From positions 64,001-128,000 of IMG/VR virus record IMGVR_UViG_3300043409_002109: a stretch of 64,000 nt of DNA; one strand, 5' to 3'. Shown here in pieces: positions 30,125 to 39,619 of this stretch. Origin of the DNA: a virus. Made by a program: the position numbers and the translations under genes. Within the stretch, counting starts at the first letter, position 1, and every line of letters starts with the position of its first letter. The notes under the pieces were generated by a model. It worked only from the letters and a program-made list of their open reading frames with translations, was not told where the DNA came from and ran no database searches.

Positions 30125-30550
30125 ATGGATGAGAACATGGCTACTTATACTTCTGTTGCAAAAGTGCACCCTAGTTCGGCGCGGGTACTTTCAATTGCTG
30201 ATGTTAGCGACGGCGATCGAATTGACTTTATTGAGGCCTTAGGTCGCCCAGCCAGAAAGGTCCAGTTCTACATGACTGATGCCGCTGATGAGGTAGGGTA
30301 CACTCTTAACTCATTAAAGAAACTACGCACTGGACGTGAACACGAGATAGTTCTGTCTCAAGCAGAGCGATTCTTTGGAACCTACAACACAGAAGTTGTT
30401 GAGGTATGGTCAGGGGCAGCCTCCTTTCCGAGCCTTACTAGCACTGGCGCAACTACCTTAGAAACTGCTGATGGTATTTCTATTCACAGTATTCAGATTG
30501 ATTCCTTGACTCTTTCTGTTGGAACTACAATTTCAATCGTGGTGTGGTAA
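30125..30550 (+). CDS. Probable virion structural protein
   Basis: Beta-rich, upstream of the Gly-rich fibre gene. Confidence 0.5.
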   Translation: MDENMATYTSVAKVHPSSARVLSIADVSDGDRIDFIEALGRPARKVQFYMTDAADEVGYTLNSLKKLRTGREHEIVLSQAERFFGTYNTEVVEVWSGAASFPSLTSTGATTLETADGISIHSIQIDSLTLSVGTTISIVVW

Positions 30551-31506
30551 TGCCAGGGCCTATGTCTTTGAGTACGCTGCTTCGTAGTCAAATATCAACA
30601 GTATCTAATACTGTTGATACGTTAGCTGTTGATGCTGCTGAGATTATTGTAAATGACCCCTATGCTTGGGGGACCGGAGCAGATGGTAATATCTCATTAG
30701 ATGGTATAACTACTGTTACTATTGGTGGGGTAAGTCATGCACCGTCAGGAAGCACTTATACTTTGACTCGGCCTTTGAACGCTAGAGTGCTTACTATTAG
30801 CAATGGTGTAGCTTTAAATTCTTCAGGCTTCTTAGTCCATTGTTGGGAATTAGCAGGTACCGGTACTATAAAAGATCGAGGAGCTAATGCCTCTGGCGGT
30901 ACAGCGGGGATGGGTCTTACTGCGAGTGGGACGACTCAAAGAACTTCTGGTAACGGTGGGGCTGGGGTATCTTCACCTGGCGCTGGTCAAGCGGGTTCAG
31001 CAATCACTAGCGCCCTTGGTGGTGGAGGAATGTCTGGAGGCACCGCAGGTGCTAACCCTGGTGGTGGAGGGGGCTCTCCAACTGTGCCTACTGCAGCTGT
31101 AGGGTTTCCTTCTTCTTCGATCTCTACTTGGGCGTTTCTAAAAGGTGTCAATGGTACTGCTTACGCAGGTGGTTCCGGTGGTGGTTCAGGGGCTATCGCT
31201 GTTGGCGCCTCTGGAACTTCTGGTGGCGGTGGTGGCGGTGGTGGGGTGATAGGTGTATTCGCACGGAAATCAGTAAGTACCATTACGATTAACGTCGGTG
31301 GGGGTAACGGGGGGAATGGGACTTCCAGCAGTGGTCAGGTCGGTGGTGGCGGTGGTGGTGGCGGTGGGTATGTTCTTTGCGTATACAAGGATGGCGCAGC
31401 TCCCACCATTACTGTGGGTGGCGGTACCGCTGGCTCTGCTGCTGGAGGCGCGAGCGCTGCTTCGAACGGTTCTTCTGGCAGCAGCACTGTAATACAGATG
31501 TCTTAG
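30544..31506 (+). CDS. Glycine-rich tail fibre / adhesin-like protein
   Basis: WGTGADG then poly-Gly runs (GGGGGGGG) typical of polyglycine-II fibre domains. Confidence 0.7.
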   Translation: MVMPGPMSLSTLLRSQISTVSNTVDTLAVDAAEIIVNDPYAWGTGADGNISLDGITTVTIGGVSHAPSGSTYTLTRPLNARVLTISNGVALNSSGFLVHCWELAGTGTIKDRGANASGGTAGMGLTASGTTQRTSGNGGAGVSSPGAGQAGSAITSALGGGGMSGGTAGANPGGGGGSPTVPTAAVGFPSSSISTWAFLKGVNGTAYAGGSGGGSGAIAVGASGTSGGGGGGGGVIGVFARKSVSTITINVGGGNGGNGTSSSGQVGGGGGGGGGYVLCVYKDGAAPTITVGGGTAGSAAGGASAASNGSSGSSTVIQMS

Positions 31507-31535
31507 GCTGGCAGCCTATCCCCCTTATTCAGTCG

Positions 31536-32546
31536 TTATGAGGCTGCTTTAAGCATTAGTCCGTCTGCTACTGCTGATGTATCCGTGCTTATGCAATGGT
31601 ATAGATCCGTAGCGCCGCTACGGATTGTCTTACCGCTCTGGAAGGACCCCGAGGGATAGATTCCGCGCAACATTCCCATCCGGGAACCGTTAGGCGATAC
31701 AGATCCGGAGTTGCGGTGGAAGGCCATAAGGTCCCCTACGAACATCCCGGCTGGAGTCGTGGTAGCTGCCACTGCAGTGCCTGCCTGCATCGTGTGCTTC
31801 CGGCCACCCGTGTATAGGGTGGAGGTCCCCGGTTGCCACACCATCCCGTGACAGGCTCCAGCTGTGGTGCCGTGGCCAAAAGGGGCTTGTGTAGCATTCG
31901 AATTGAGCCACGCATTAGTCATGATCCCGCTTCCACCCGTAGCCCACATTCCGTAGAGTCGATCGTCTGTCTCCGCGTCAAGCCCCCCGCTTGCAGCGTT
32001 CGTCTGATGAGGCTCCACAATCGCCCCAGAGGATAACCACGCTTGTTGGGTCACGGTTGTCCCGATAAGCTGGAGGAAGATCACCTCCTCCGAGATATAG
32101 GCTCGTACCTTGGCAGTGGTACTATTCCAAGTGGTGCCCGCAGCTCTCCAGTATCCGGAGTTGGTACCGCTCGTGAAGGGTTGAGCGTTTGCCCAGTCGT
32201 TCCACGCCCCGCGATTCTTAACGATTCCCATCAGCAAGTTAGAAGCCGTGAAGGTATCCGGGGATGCCATAGTAGGAGCAGGCGCCCCACTGTCCCCAGC
32301 CCAAATAAGACCGGGTGATAGACCCATGCCCGTTCCTCCTGGAGGAGTAGCATAAACAGCTTTAGTAACAGCTACGACCTGTCGATTCCAGGACCAGGTA
32401 TGAGTGGCTGCAAGTGCCGTTGCCCGGTAATCGTTGGCCGCTGAACAGGCGGTGTATATAGCGTCCAGGAGACCTTGAATGTCTGAGGAAGCGGGAGAGA
32501 CATCGGCCATTCTATAGAATGTAAGAGATGATAGAGGGAGTGCCAT
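31536..32546 (-). CDS. Probable fibre-associated virion protein
   Basis: A/G/T/S-rich, GC-rich DNA, coupled to the fibre gene. Confidence 0.5.
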   Translation of the reverse strand: MALPLSSLTFYRMADVSPASSDIQGLLDAIYTACSAANDYRATALAATHTWSWNRQVVAVTKAVYATPPGGTGMGLSPGLIWAGDSGAPAPTMASPDTFTASNLLMGIVKNRGAWNDWANAQPFTSGTNSGYWRAAGTTWNSTTAKVRAYISEEVIFLQLIGTTVTQQAWLSSGAIVEPHQTNAASGGLDAETDDRLYGMWATGGSGIMTNAWLNSNATQAPFGHGTTAGACHGMVWQPGTSTLYTGGRKHTMQAGTAVAATTTPAGMFVGDLMAFHRNSGSVSPNGSRMGMLRGIYPSGSFQSGKTIRSGATDLYHCISTDTSAVADGLMLKAAS

Positions 32547-34210
32547 TAGACGAGAGCCCCTGTGGTAGCGGCCGATCCGTTAAATCCGGTGGCCAGTTCT
32601 GGTATTAGGACGGCTGCGATTGCCATCATGAGGAATGTCCCGACGATTGTGCTTCCAACTCGTTTAAGCACCTGACCGTCCGAGACGGCACCCATTGTAA
32701 GGCTAGTAGGGCCTGAAGTTTCTCGGATTCCTCGCACATCAGGATTGGGATAGGTACCGCCCAATTGCCCACCGGCTGCGCCGGTAGGTGTCCGGCTGTC
32801 ACTCAGACGTGAATCATCACCAGCAGCAACCGTTCCTGCAGTAGTTCCAACATTCAATATCGCCGCCCCACCAAGTCCAAGTGTAGTGCGGGCCGTTGAT
32901 GCGTCAGCATCATCAATCAGTGAAAGTCCGTATGCTGTAGGGGTAGTACCATTAACCCGAGTCACCGTAGCAGCTGGCCAATCACCTGTAATATCACCTG
33001 TCGATGTTTTGGATAAGGCTGCGATAGTCCCTAGTGTGGGAAGCCCAGAAAGATCTGAATAGGCTCCGGTTGCTGCGACTGTAGCGAGTCCAAGATTCGT
33101 ACGAGCCCCTGCCGCTGTACTGCTTCCAGTGCCACCATCTGCTACTGCTACGTCGGTGCCGCCAGGCCGATAGCCGGCATCGGCGTAGGTCTTGGTCGCC
33201 TTCTGCGTGGCTAGCTTAGCGTCTGAGTCGGCAGCGAGAGTACCGTCCGTGTCTACAGTGACAGATACTCCACCGATCTTGGCTACCCCGGGATTTGGAT
33301 AAGTTCCAGATAGGTCTCCAGCAGCAGCTCCTGTTGGTGCACGCGAATCAGTAAAGCGTGAATCATCGCCGGCCGCCACAGTGCCTACAGTGGTTCCAAC
33401 ATTTAGCACGGCTGCTCCTCCAAGCCCAAGATTGGTCCGTGCAGTGGATGCACTTGCGAGGTCGGAGAGGTTGGAGGCTTTCTGCGCTGCGCCTGTAATC
33501 CGGGAGTCATCTCCTGCTGCGACCGTACCAGCGGTTGTCCCTACGTTAAGGACGGAAGCCCCGCCAAGACCGAGATTCGTTCTTGCGTCAGCAGCGCTAC
33601 TAGCCCCAGTACCGCCATCTGCTATGGCTACATCTGTTGAGCCTGGGGCGTAGTAGTCTGTACCGGCGGCGGCGGCCGATAGAATGCCAGCCGCAGCCTT
33701 AACAACCGTAGCTGTAAGACTGGACCTCTTAATAAGTTTGCCAGTTGTCCCATCAAAGATGGAAACTTCAGAATCGACAGAAGAGGAGGGGCCGACAACA
33801 TCTCCACTTCCGCCCCCGCCCCCACCTGTGGCGTTTAAGGTTGTACCACTCATAGAGAGATTAGTCCCAAGAGTTATTTCTTGTGCTACTCCGCTACCTC
33901 CACCCGCCCCTCTTCCGAGAAGTCTCTCTGCAGTAAGAGAAGTTATGGCCCCTATAGAGTGAGTGTGAGAAGCTGGAGTCTGAGGATCTGCTAAAACCCC
34001 AGATAAGCCAGTTACATCAATTTCATCGGCTCCGCCGTTTTGATGTGACGTTTTATGAGCTGCAGCTGTTGCAGCAGTAGAGATGGCAGGGATGCCATCT
34101 GCGTCAAAATAAAGATAACCCTCTTCGTCAGACCCTATCTTTTTATATTCTATTAGAGAATTCTTATAGGGAGGCGAGGTCCGTGCAGTGCTAACTTTTT
34201 GGCGGCGCAT
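32546..34210 (-). CDS. Tail fibre protein with internal repeats
   Basis: Repeated ARTxLGLG..LNVGTTxGTVAAGDDSR, VADGGTG and GxLxGTYPNP units. Confidence 0.8.
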   Translation of the reverse strand: MRRQKVSTARTSPPYKNSLIEYKKIGSDEEGYLYFDADGIPAISTAATAAAHKTSHQNGGADEIDVTGLSGVLADPQTPASHTHSIGAITSLTAERLLGRGAGGGSGVAQEITLGTNLSMSGTTLNATGGGGGGSGDVVGPSSSVDSEVSIFDGTTGKLIKRSSLTATVVKAAAGILSAAAAGTDYYAPGSTDVAIADGGTGASSAADARTNLGLGGASVLNVGTTAGTVAAGDDSRITGAAQKASNLSDLASASTARTNLGLGGAAVLNVGTTVGTVAAGDDSRFTDSRAPTGAAAGDLSGTYPNPGVAKIGGVSVTVDTDGTLAADSDAKLATQKATKTYADAGYRPGGTDVAVADGGTGSSTAAGARTNLGLATVAATGAYSDLSGLPTLGTIAALSKTSTGDITGDWPAATVTRVNGTTPTAYGLSLIDDADASTARTTLGLGGAAILNVGTTAGTVAAGDDSRLSDSRTPTGAAGGQLGGTYPNPDVRGIRETSGPTSLTMGAVSDGQVLKRVGSTIVGTFLMMAIAAVLIPELATGFNGSAATTGALV

Positions 34211-34540
34211 TTAGGACTCGTACTCTATCTGAACTGTAGCTTGAGTGGCGACAGAGCCTTTAACGGCAACGTAAAAGGTACCACGCTTGGGATCTGAGCC
34301 CTTAGCTTCTGCGTAAATATTTTCTTCGCTGTCTAAGGGTGATGTAGTTAGGGCATATTCCAAAGGAATATCTAGATCTGATGAGGCCGAAGACGTTTCT
34401 CTGAAAGATACAGCTACGTTTCCAGGATCGTCTAAGATCGCACGTACTCGTTTTATTTGTATTTTTTTAGGTAGAATTATTTCCTCTACTGTCCAAGTAG
34501 CACCATCTACAGATACTGTAAAGCGTTTACGTGCAATCAT
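34211..34540 (-). CDS. Small beta-rich probable structural protein
   Basis: TAA-ATG junction with the fibre gene. Confidence 0.5.
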   Translation of the reverse strand: MIARKRFTVSVDGATWTVEEIILPKKIQIKRVRAILDDPGNVAVSFRETSSASSDLDIPLEYALTTSPLDSEENIYAEAKGSDPKRGTFYVAVKGSVATQATVQIEYES

Positions 34541-34547
34541 CTTGTTC

Positions 34548-35807
34548 CTAACTTTGAAGCATTTCTTCTGTAAAGATTAGTGGTGTCGCAGCGCGACCTA
34601 TATTTAGAAATCTACTAAATAACAAATTGTATTTTATAGGATCTACATGCGTTATGCCAAGTGCATAACATACGAGACTTCCTGCGGCTGAGCCTCGGCC
34701 TGGTCCACTTACTACATCTAATTCATCTTTAGCGTAATTAATAAACCTACTTACAATCAGGATATAATCTGAGAAACCCATTTTTTTAATTGCTTTTAAT
34801 TCTAGTGTTAGTCTTTCTCGATATTCTAGAGGAGGTTTTTCTCCAAATCTTTCTGTAAGTTTTTGCTTAGAAAGTTTGGCTAAATATTCCCAGCTAGTAC
34901 ATTCTAAAGGCAATGGATATTTGGGGTAGTGGTTGGCTGTATCTTTGAAGTAGCTCTTATCATCTATCATATTGGCAATATGAATTGTATTTTGTAAAGC
35001 CTCCATTGGAATTCCCTGCTCTTGGGCGCGCAACATCATCCACTCTGGAGAACCAACATGTACATCTATTTCTCCAAAAGTAAATCTCTTAGGATTATAC
35101 ATCGTATCATTAGTTTGCATACACAATGCCTGTTCATGCAAGGACTTATGTTCTGGGTGAGTATAGTGCGCGTCGTTAGTAAGAATCAAGGGAAGATTTT
35201 TTTTAGCAGCAATTTCCATAAGACCTTTATTCAAAGCCTGCTGCTCCTCATCCCTATGGAGCTGTAGCTCAATAAAGAATCGATCCTTGAAGATATCGCA
35301 GTGACCATCGATGAGGCGCTCCGCTTCATCTCTACGGTTAAGGAGAATGAGTTTACTGAATGCGCTTCCGAGACAGGCTGTAGTTGCGATGATGCCTTCG
35401 TTGTGCTCCTTGAGAAGAGCGTCATCGGCCCTTGGCTTGTAGAACATCCCTGAGGTATAGGCGTTGGAGCTGATGGCCATAAGGTTTTTCCAACCCACAG
35501 CATTTTGAGCTAATAGAACTAAATGATAGTACTTCTCCCCCATGGCATCTACTTCGCGGATAGAACGATCTTGGACGGTATAGTAAGCCTCTAAACCTAG
35601 GATAGGTTTTATACCAGTCTTCTTGCATTCTTTATAGAATTTGTATGAGCCTGCGAGGTTACCATGATCAGTGATGGCACAGCTTCTCATTCCCATTTCT
35701 TTAATCTGAGAAGGGAGTTGGTGTATCCGATTAATCCCGTCTAATGTGGAGGTCTCGAAATGGCAATGAAGATGACAGAAAGAATCTGTATTATCTGAAG
35801 TAGTCAT
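34548..35807 (-). CDS. dnaE: DNA polymerase III alpha, N-terminal part (PHP domain to GRGSAAGS/LLFxRFLN)
   Basis: HLHCH..S.LDG, AITDHGN, GIKPILGLE, TNDAHY, GPGRGSAAGSLV, LLFSRFLN then stop. Confidence 0.92.
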   Translation of the reverse strand: MTTSDNTDSFCHLHCHFETSTLDGINRIHQLPSQIKEMGMRSCAITDHGNLAGSYKFYKECKKTGIKPILGLEAYYTVQDRSIREVDAMGEKYYHLVLLAQNAVGWKNLMAISSNAYTSGMFYKPRADDALLKEHNEGIIATTACLGSAFSKLILLNRRDEAERLIDGHCDIFKDRFFIELQLHRDEEQQALNKGLMEIAAKKNLPLILTNDAHYTHPEHKSLHEQALCMQTNDTMYNPKRFTFGEIDVHVGSPEWMMLRAQEQGIPMEALQNTIHIANMIDDKSYFKDTANHYPKYPLPLECTSWEYLAKLSKQKLTERFGEKPPLEYRERLTLELKAIKKMGFSDYILIVSRFINYAKDELDVVSGPGRGSAAGSLVCYALGITHVDPIKYNLLFSRFLNIGRAATPLIFTEEMLQS

Positions 35808-35810
35808 GAT

Positions 35811-36077
35811 TTACCAACAAACCCATAAATTGAAGTCGCGAGGATATCCAGCATCAATGAGCCTCTGCGCTAGATCTATTTCTTCTTCACTAAAGATATT
35901 TTTATTATCTAATGTGAATCCTGGAGAAACAGATGTCATTTCGCCGTTGCTATTCTCATCACTTACTAACAAAATTAATTCTTGTTCAGTCCAGCCACGG
36001 CCGCGAAGATCGTTTTGGAATTCACTCCAATTAAAGTAGGAAATTCTATGTATTTTAATAGGTGCTTTTGTTTTCAT
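35811..36077 (-). CDS. Hypothetical protein (tandem paralogue 1)
   Basis: SYFN..E...GWTE..NG.MT...GYP..FN.W. Confidence 0.6.
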   Translation of the reverse strand: MKTKAPIKIHRISYFNWSEFQNDLRGRGWTEQELILLVSDENSNGEMTSVSPGFTLDNKNIFSEEEIDLAQRLIDAGYPRDFNLWVCW

Positions 36078-36136
36078 TTTGGTATTTACTCCTTACCAAG
36101 GGGTTTATGAAGAGGACTAGTCCTCCATATGATCCT

Positions 36137-36415
36137 TTAGAAAATCCAAATGTTGAAGTGACTAGGATATCCCCCAGCCATCAATTTTTGGTCTAACGGA
36201 TCTTCGCTATTTGAGTCAAAACTATAAGTAGTCATAGTTCCATTAGGAATTTTGGGGTTGATTAAAGTATCAACTTCAAGTTCAGTCCATCCTGTATGCA
36301 GTAAGTGAATTTTTAGTTCAGTAGAATTATAATAAGATAAACTCCGTACAGGGACTGTTGGTATTGAATTGTACTCTGGGAATAAATTAAGTTGCTCTGG
36401 CATAGTTGTATCCAT
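36137..36415 (-). CDS. Hypothetical protein (tandem paralogue 2)
   Basis: Same motif as 35811..36077. Confidence 0.6.
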   Translation of the reverse strand: MDTTMPEQLNLFPEYNSIPTVPVRSLSYYNSTELKIHLLHTGWTELEVDTLINPKIPNGTMTTYSFDSNSEDPLDQKLMAGGYPSHFNIWIF

Positions 36416-36824
36416 GTAGTTTCATTAATTGAGTACGTAGTACATCAGCACGCATCTCGCGCGCGTCGTAACACTCAAGCTCAGCCACCACCTGATTGAT
36501 CCAATCTTCTTGTATCTGGTGAAGATCTCTCTTTATCTCAGGGGCAGGAGGTGTTGGTGTCGAGACTGGTGCGGAGGAGAAGTCTCTGGCATCATAAAAT
36601 AGCGGTGCATATTTTTTTATCCAACTCTCAGACATGTCTAGGGGATCAAGAAGAGATCCCGGATCCTTGCCCGTCTCACTGCTGAATGTTCCGACATGGA
36701 AATTGTTTATCTTTGGAAATTTTACTGTAATCATGTTATCTCTTTCTCTTTGGAAGGTTTTAAAGTCTTTCCCATATATTTCTTCGGCTATCATTTTGAG
36801 TGCTGCGTAATCATCGTTATGCAT
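36387..36824 (-). CDS. Hypothetical protein
   Basis: Packed ORF. Confidence 0.55.
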   Translation of the reverse strand: MHNDDYAALKMIAEEIYGKDFKTFQRERDNMITVKFPKINNFHVGTFSSETGKDPGSLLDPLDMSESWIKKYAPLFYDARDFSSAPVSTPTPPAPEIKRDLHQIQEDWINQVVAELECYDAREMRADVLRTQLMKLHGYNYARAT

Positions 36825-37059
36825 TTGGATCCCAGACTGTTAGCACTTTAGTGCAGCCTTTGCAGAATGAACCTAGATGTTGGGTCGGAACTGTAGAACT
36901 AATCTTTGGAACGTCGTAGAAGAAACTTATACAATAATATCTTTCACATCTAATACATTTGCCATGATTGTTAAGAATAGTTCGCTTGTCATTACAGATT
37001 TCTAAAAGCAATTTACCTGTAATAGAACACTTTATGTGTCTAGCTATGCTGGAGGACAA
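36817..37059 (-). CDS. Small Cys-rich (Zn-finger-like) protein
   Basis: CxxC pairs. Confidence 0.45.
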   Translation of the reverse strand: MSSSIARHIKCSITGKLLLEICNDKRTILNNHGKCIRCERYYCISFFYDVPKISSTVPTQHLGSFCKGCTKVLTVWDPNA

Positions 37060-38071
37060 GATCTTTTAATACCTGAAGCTCGTCTGGATGGGTTCTATAC
37101 CATGTAAAACAAGCTTCTTTGCCTTTCGGCATATCTAAAGAAGGGGCTATCCATTCTTCTTTTTCTAGGTCTAGTCGGATTTTGGATTGACCCGCACTAT
37201 GGCGAATGAATCCTAAGGTACGTGCCATCTCCAAAGCTTCAGCAACAGGATCTGTTCCTCGGCCATAGTAGAATGTGAACTCGACACCATCTTTTATACT
37301 GTGTGGTTTCCCACACTTATTCTTCTTTACCTTCACATGCATGATGAAGGCGCCGGGGTTATCAGTACAAGGTTTAGACTTAAGAACTTCTAGTCTTACT
37401 GAAGAAAAATATGGAAGAGCATTGCCACCCGGCGAGGTACGGGGGTCGCCATATGTGACTCCCGGCTTATAAGTTATATGATTAATAAATACATAAGTCG
37501 TATTTGTCTCTTCACTAATCTTTGAGATTTGCCTCATGGCCCAGTGCATCATCTTGGATACACCACCGACAAGGCTTTCTCCTGCCTCCTTCTGTATCTC
37601 GGCAGCCGCTTGCATTGCACCAACCGAGTCAAGCAAGACGAAGCCTATCTTTCCTGTCTTGGGCAAGTCTATTGCAATCTGAAGTGCCTCTTCAGCGCTT
37701 GTGGGACGTACATGTAATACCTTCTCGGTATTAATACCAAAGCCCTGCATAAACTCTTCAGTGATCGTCTGCTCTAGATCGATGATAAGATCAATTAGAT
37801 CTGAATCACTTGGTCGAGATGCCTGATCGTTGGCTAGTATCTGTAAGGCCAGGGAGGTTTTTCCACTGCTGGGCTCTCCTAGGATTTCGGTTACACGCCT
37901 ACTAGGTATGCCTCCTATGCCTAGAGCTGCATCTAATGCATCTGAGCCGGTAGGGATACCTGGTGGAGCAGAGAAAGCTTCTTCACTGAAGACACTCTTT
38001 TCAAACTTCTTGTTTACTTGCGCGATCATGGCATCCACTTCTGGGATGCCAGTTATCTTTTTATTTGCCAT
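37040..38071 (-). CDS. recA: RecA/UvsX recombinase
   Basis: PTGS..LD.ALGIGG.P, GEPSSGKT, LDSVGA, PGGNAL.Y.SSVRL, KNK. Confidence 0.95.
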   Translation of the reverse strand: MANKKITGIPEVDAMIAQVNKKFEKSVFSEEAFSAPPGIPTGSDALDAALGIGGIPSRRVTEILGEPSSGKTSLALQILANDQASRPSDSDLIDLIIDLEQTITEEFMQGFGINTEKVLHVRPTSAEEALQIAIDLPKTGKIGFVLLDSVGAMQAAAEIQKEAGESLVGGVSKMMHWAMRQISKISEETNTTYVFINHITYKPGVTYGDPRTSPGGNALPYFSSVRLEVLKSKPCTDNPGAFIMHVKVKKNKCGKPHSIKDGVEFTFYYGRGTDPVAEALEMARTLGFIRHSAGQSKIRLDLEKEEWIAPSLDMPKGKEACFTWYRTHPDELQVLKDLVLQHS

Positions 38072-38075
38072 GGTT

Positions 38076-38753
38076 TTATCCTAATTTACTTTCATCTAAG
38101 GTATACGTGCCGTCCGCTGAGGTGTTGAGAGGTTGCTGAAGATTAGCGTAGGCAGTACCTATGTAATACCAGATCGTATTCCAACATGCATCAGTGGGTG
38201 CAGCTTGCACAAGGCGAGCTATAGCCATTTCTTGATTTGTGGGAACTCCACCATATAGATCTGCACAAGCTCCTTTACTTTTGTGGTCTAATAAATACAT
38301 TTCACATACTAGTGCGCGAAGATCAATAAACTTTACCTCTTCAGAAGGTCTACTTTCAATAGGTAAATTCAGTTGTCTATGGACACTACGTTCAGCTTGG
38401 TCTTCTAGTCTGCAATAATCTGGAATATATTTTTTGAGACCTGCAGGGATATCAGCCATATAGATCTCGTGAAAATCATGCATAGAAGAATAGCCAGGTG
38501 TTAACGGACTAGAGATTTTCTTAGTTTCCCAAAGGTGATGAAAAGCCAATCTACTGCACAGAGCAAGGTGTCGGACAAGAACCCAGTCTAGGTGCCCAAC
38601 ATACCTGCGGATATTACTTGAAGCTACCCTCACGTCCTCTATGGCAAAAGGGAGGCTATCCAGGTCATCATAAAATACATGTTGACCTGTAAAAGTTGTC
38701 ATATCAGGGTGTCTGGTCATTCCGTTTTCTTCCTCGTCTACTCGGCGAATCAA
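38076..38753 (-). CDS. HD-domain 5'-deoxynucleotidase (YfdR/YfbR-like)
   Basis: TFTG, NIRRYVGH, MHDFHE.Y..DIP..LK; start probably 38720. Confidence 0.75.
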   Translation of the reverse strand: MIRRVDEEENGMTRHPDMTTFTGQHVFYDDLDSLPFAIEDVRVASSNIRRYVGHLDWVLVRHLALCSRLAFHHLWETKKISSPLTPGYSSMHDFHEIYMADIPAGLKKYIPDYCRLEDQAERSVHRQLNLPIESRPSEEVKFIDLRALVCEMYLLDHKSKGACADLYGGVPTNQEMAIARLVQAAPTDACWNTIWYYIGTAYANLQQPLNTSADGTYTLDESKLG

Positions 38754-38982
38754 CTGGAAGGAGATTATCCAACCGTTGTTCTTGTGCGTTGAGTAGTAAT
38801 TCTAATGTTGTTATTCTTTCGGTCAGACTATTGTTTCTTGCTATGAGTTCTAATTGATCTGTGGCCTTCGGGGCCGCTAACTCTAGTCTGACTACATTAA
38901 TCAGATAATGCAGCTGAGCCGAAGGCAACATATCGTCTCTGATATATCTACATAGGTGATTAAATGCTTCTGTTCCTGTCAT
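38704..38982 (-). CDS. Hypothetical coiled-coil protein
   Basis: GAGG RBS. Confidence 0.55.
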   Translation of the reverse strand: MTGTEAFNHLCRYIRDDMLPSAQLHYLINVVRLELAAPKATDQLELIARNNSLTERITTLELLLNAQEQRLDNLLPVDSPSRRGRKRNDQTP

Positions 38983-39242
38983 AGTTTTCCTCTTAATAGT
39001 TCTGCTGCTTCTGTGTAGGGTGCTTTAGGAATCTCATCACATACAAGAAGAGTGTGAGGTGCTTTAGCAGAGGTCTCTATTTTAGAGCTATCAGTAATAT
39101 GAAGATCTGTGTATTTGATCTTCACTCGTTTTTCTGTTAAGCCTTCTACGATACCCATGATCCATTTGAATCCTCGGTATTTAGTTTGCACTGAGAGTAC
39201 ATAGCTACCAACCTGGATTTCATTACCAATCATATCTGTCAT
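38979..39242 (-). CDS. Small SH3-like phage protein
   Basis: DMIGNEIQVGSYV motif. Confidence 0.55.
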   Translation of the reverse strand: MTDMIGNEIQVGSYVLSVQTKYRGFKWIMGIVEGLTEKRVKIKYTDLHITDSSKIETSAKAPHTLLVCDEIPKAPYTEAAELLRGKL

Positions 39243-39619
39243 GGTTTCACCTTGAAGGGTCGGTCATCCCTTTCTTGATTTGTGCGTTCGTATTCCAATA
39301 AGAAGGTAAGGTTGCACATAGCATGAGCAAGGTGAGATAAGCCTGATTCAGGATCAGTATTTTCTCCTTGGTACCATGCCTGGATGTGTCTCATGGCAGA
39401 TGCATAGCATCTGCTCCAAGCCATTCCCCCGTCATTTCTCCAGTTCGAATCACCATATTTGGCGGCACCTCCGGATAGAACAGCAACAAGATCTTCTATT
39501 GCTTTAGGAGGTAGTAGGTCGTATCTAAGTTTTCCTTTATCTGCTCTTCCTGCTTTGCCAGTCGGATCAACTACCATAAGATCGCTTAGTTGAGCACGGT
39601 CTATATTCCATTCTTTCAT
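39239..39619 (-). CDS. dATP/dGTP diphosphohydrolase-domain protein (DUF5664)
   Basis: KLRYDLLP, GAAKYG..NW, A.RH..AW..GE..DPESGL.HLAHA. Confidence 0.85.
   Translation of the reverse strand: MKEWNIDRAQLSDLMVVDPTGKAGRADKGKLRYDLLPPKAIEDLVAVLSGGAAKYGDSNWRNDGGMAWSRCYASAMRHIQAWYQGENTDPESGLSHLAHAMCNLTFLLEYERTNQERDDRPFKVKP

Noticed and set aside
32750-33620. Repeats in the fibre gene as a CRISPR or DNA repeat array
   Set aside because: They are in-frame protein repeats with synonymous divergence and no repeat-spacer structure.
30125-34540. Invertible tail-fibre switch or diversity-generating retroelement
   Set aside because: I found no recombinase, reverse transcriptase, flanking inverted repeats or TR/VR pair in the window.
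29494-35807. Trans-splicing or long-range splicing joining dnaE-A to exon 2
   Set aside because: The intron has a complete cis P1 with the adjacent exon 1, and the 3' end of dnaE-A has no matching GGAU 5' splice site.
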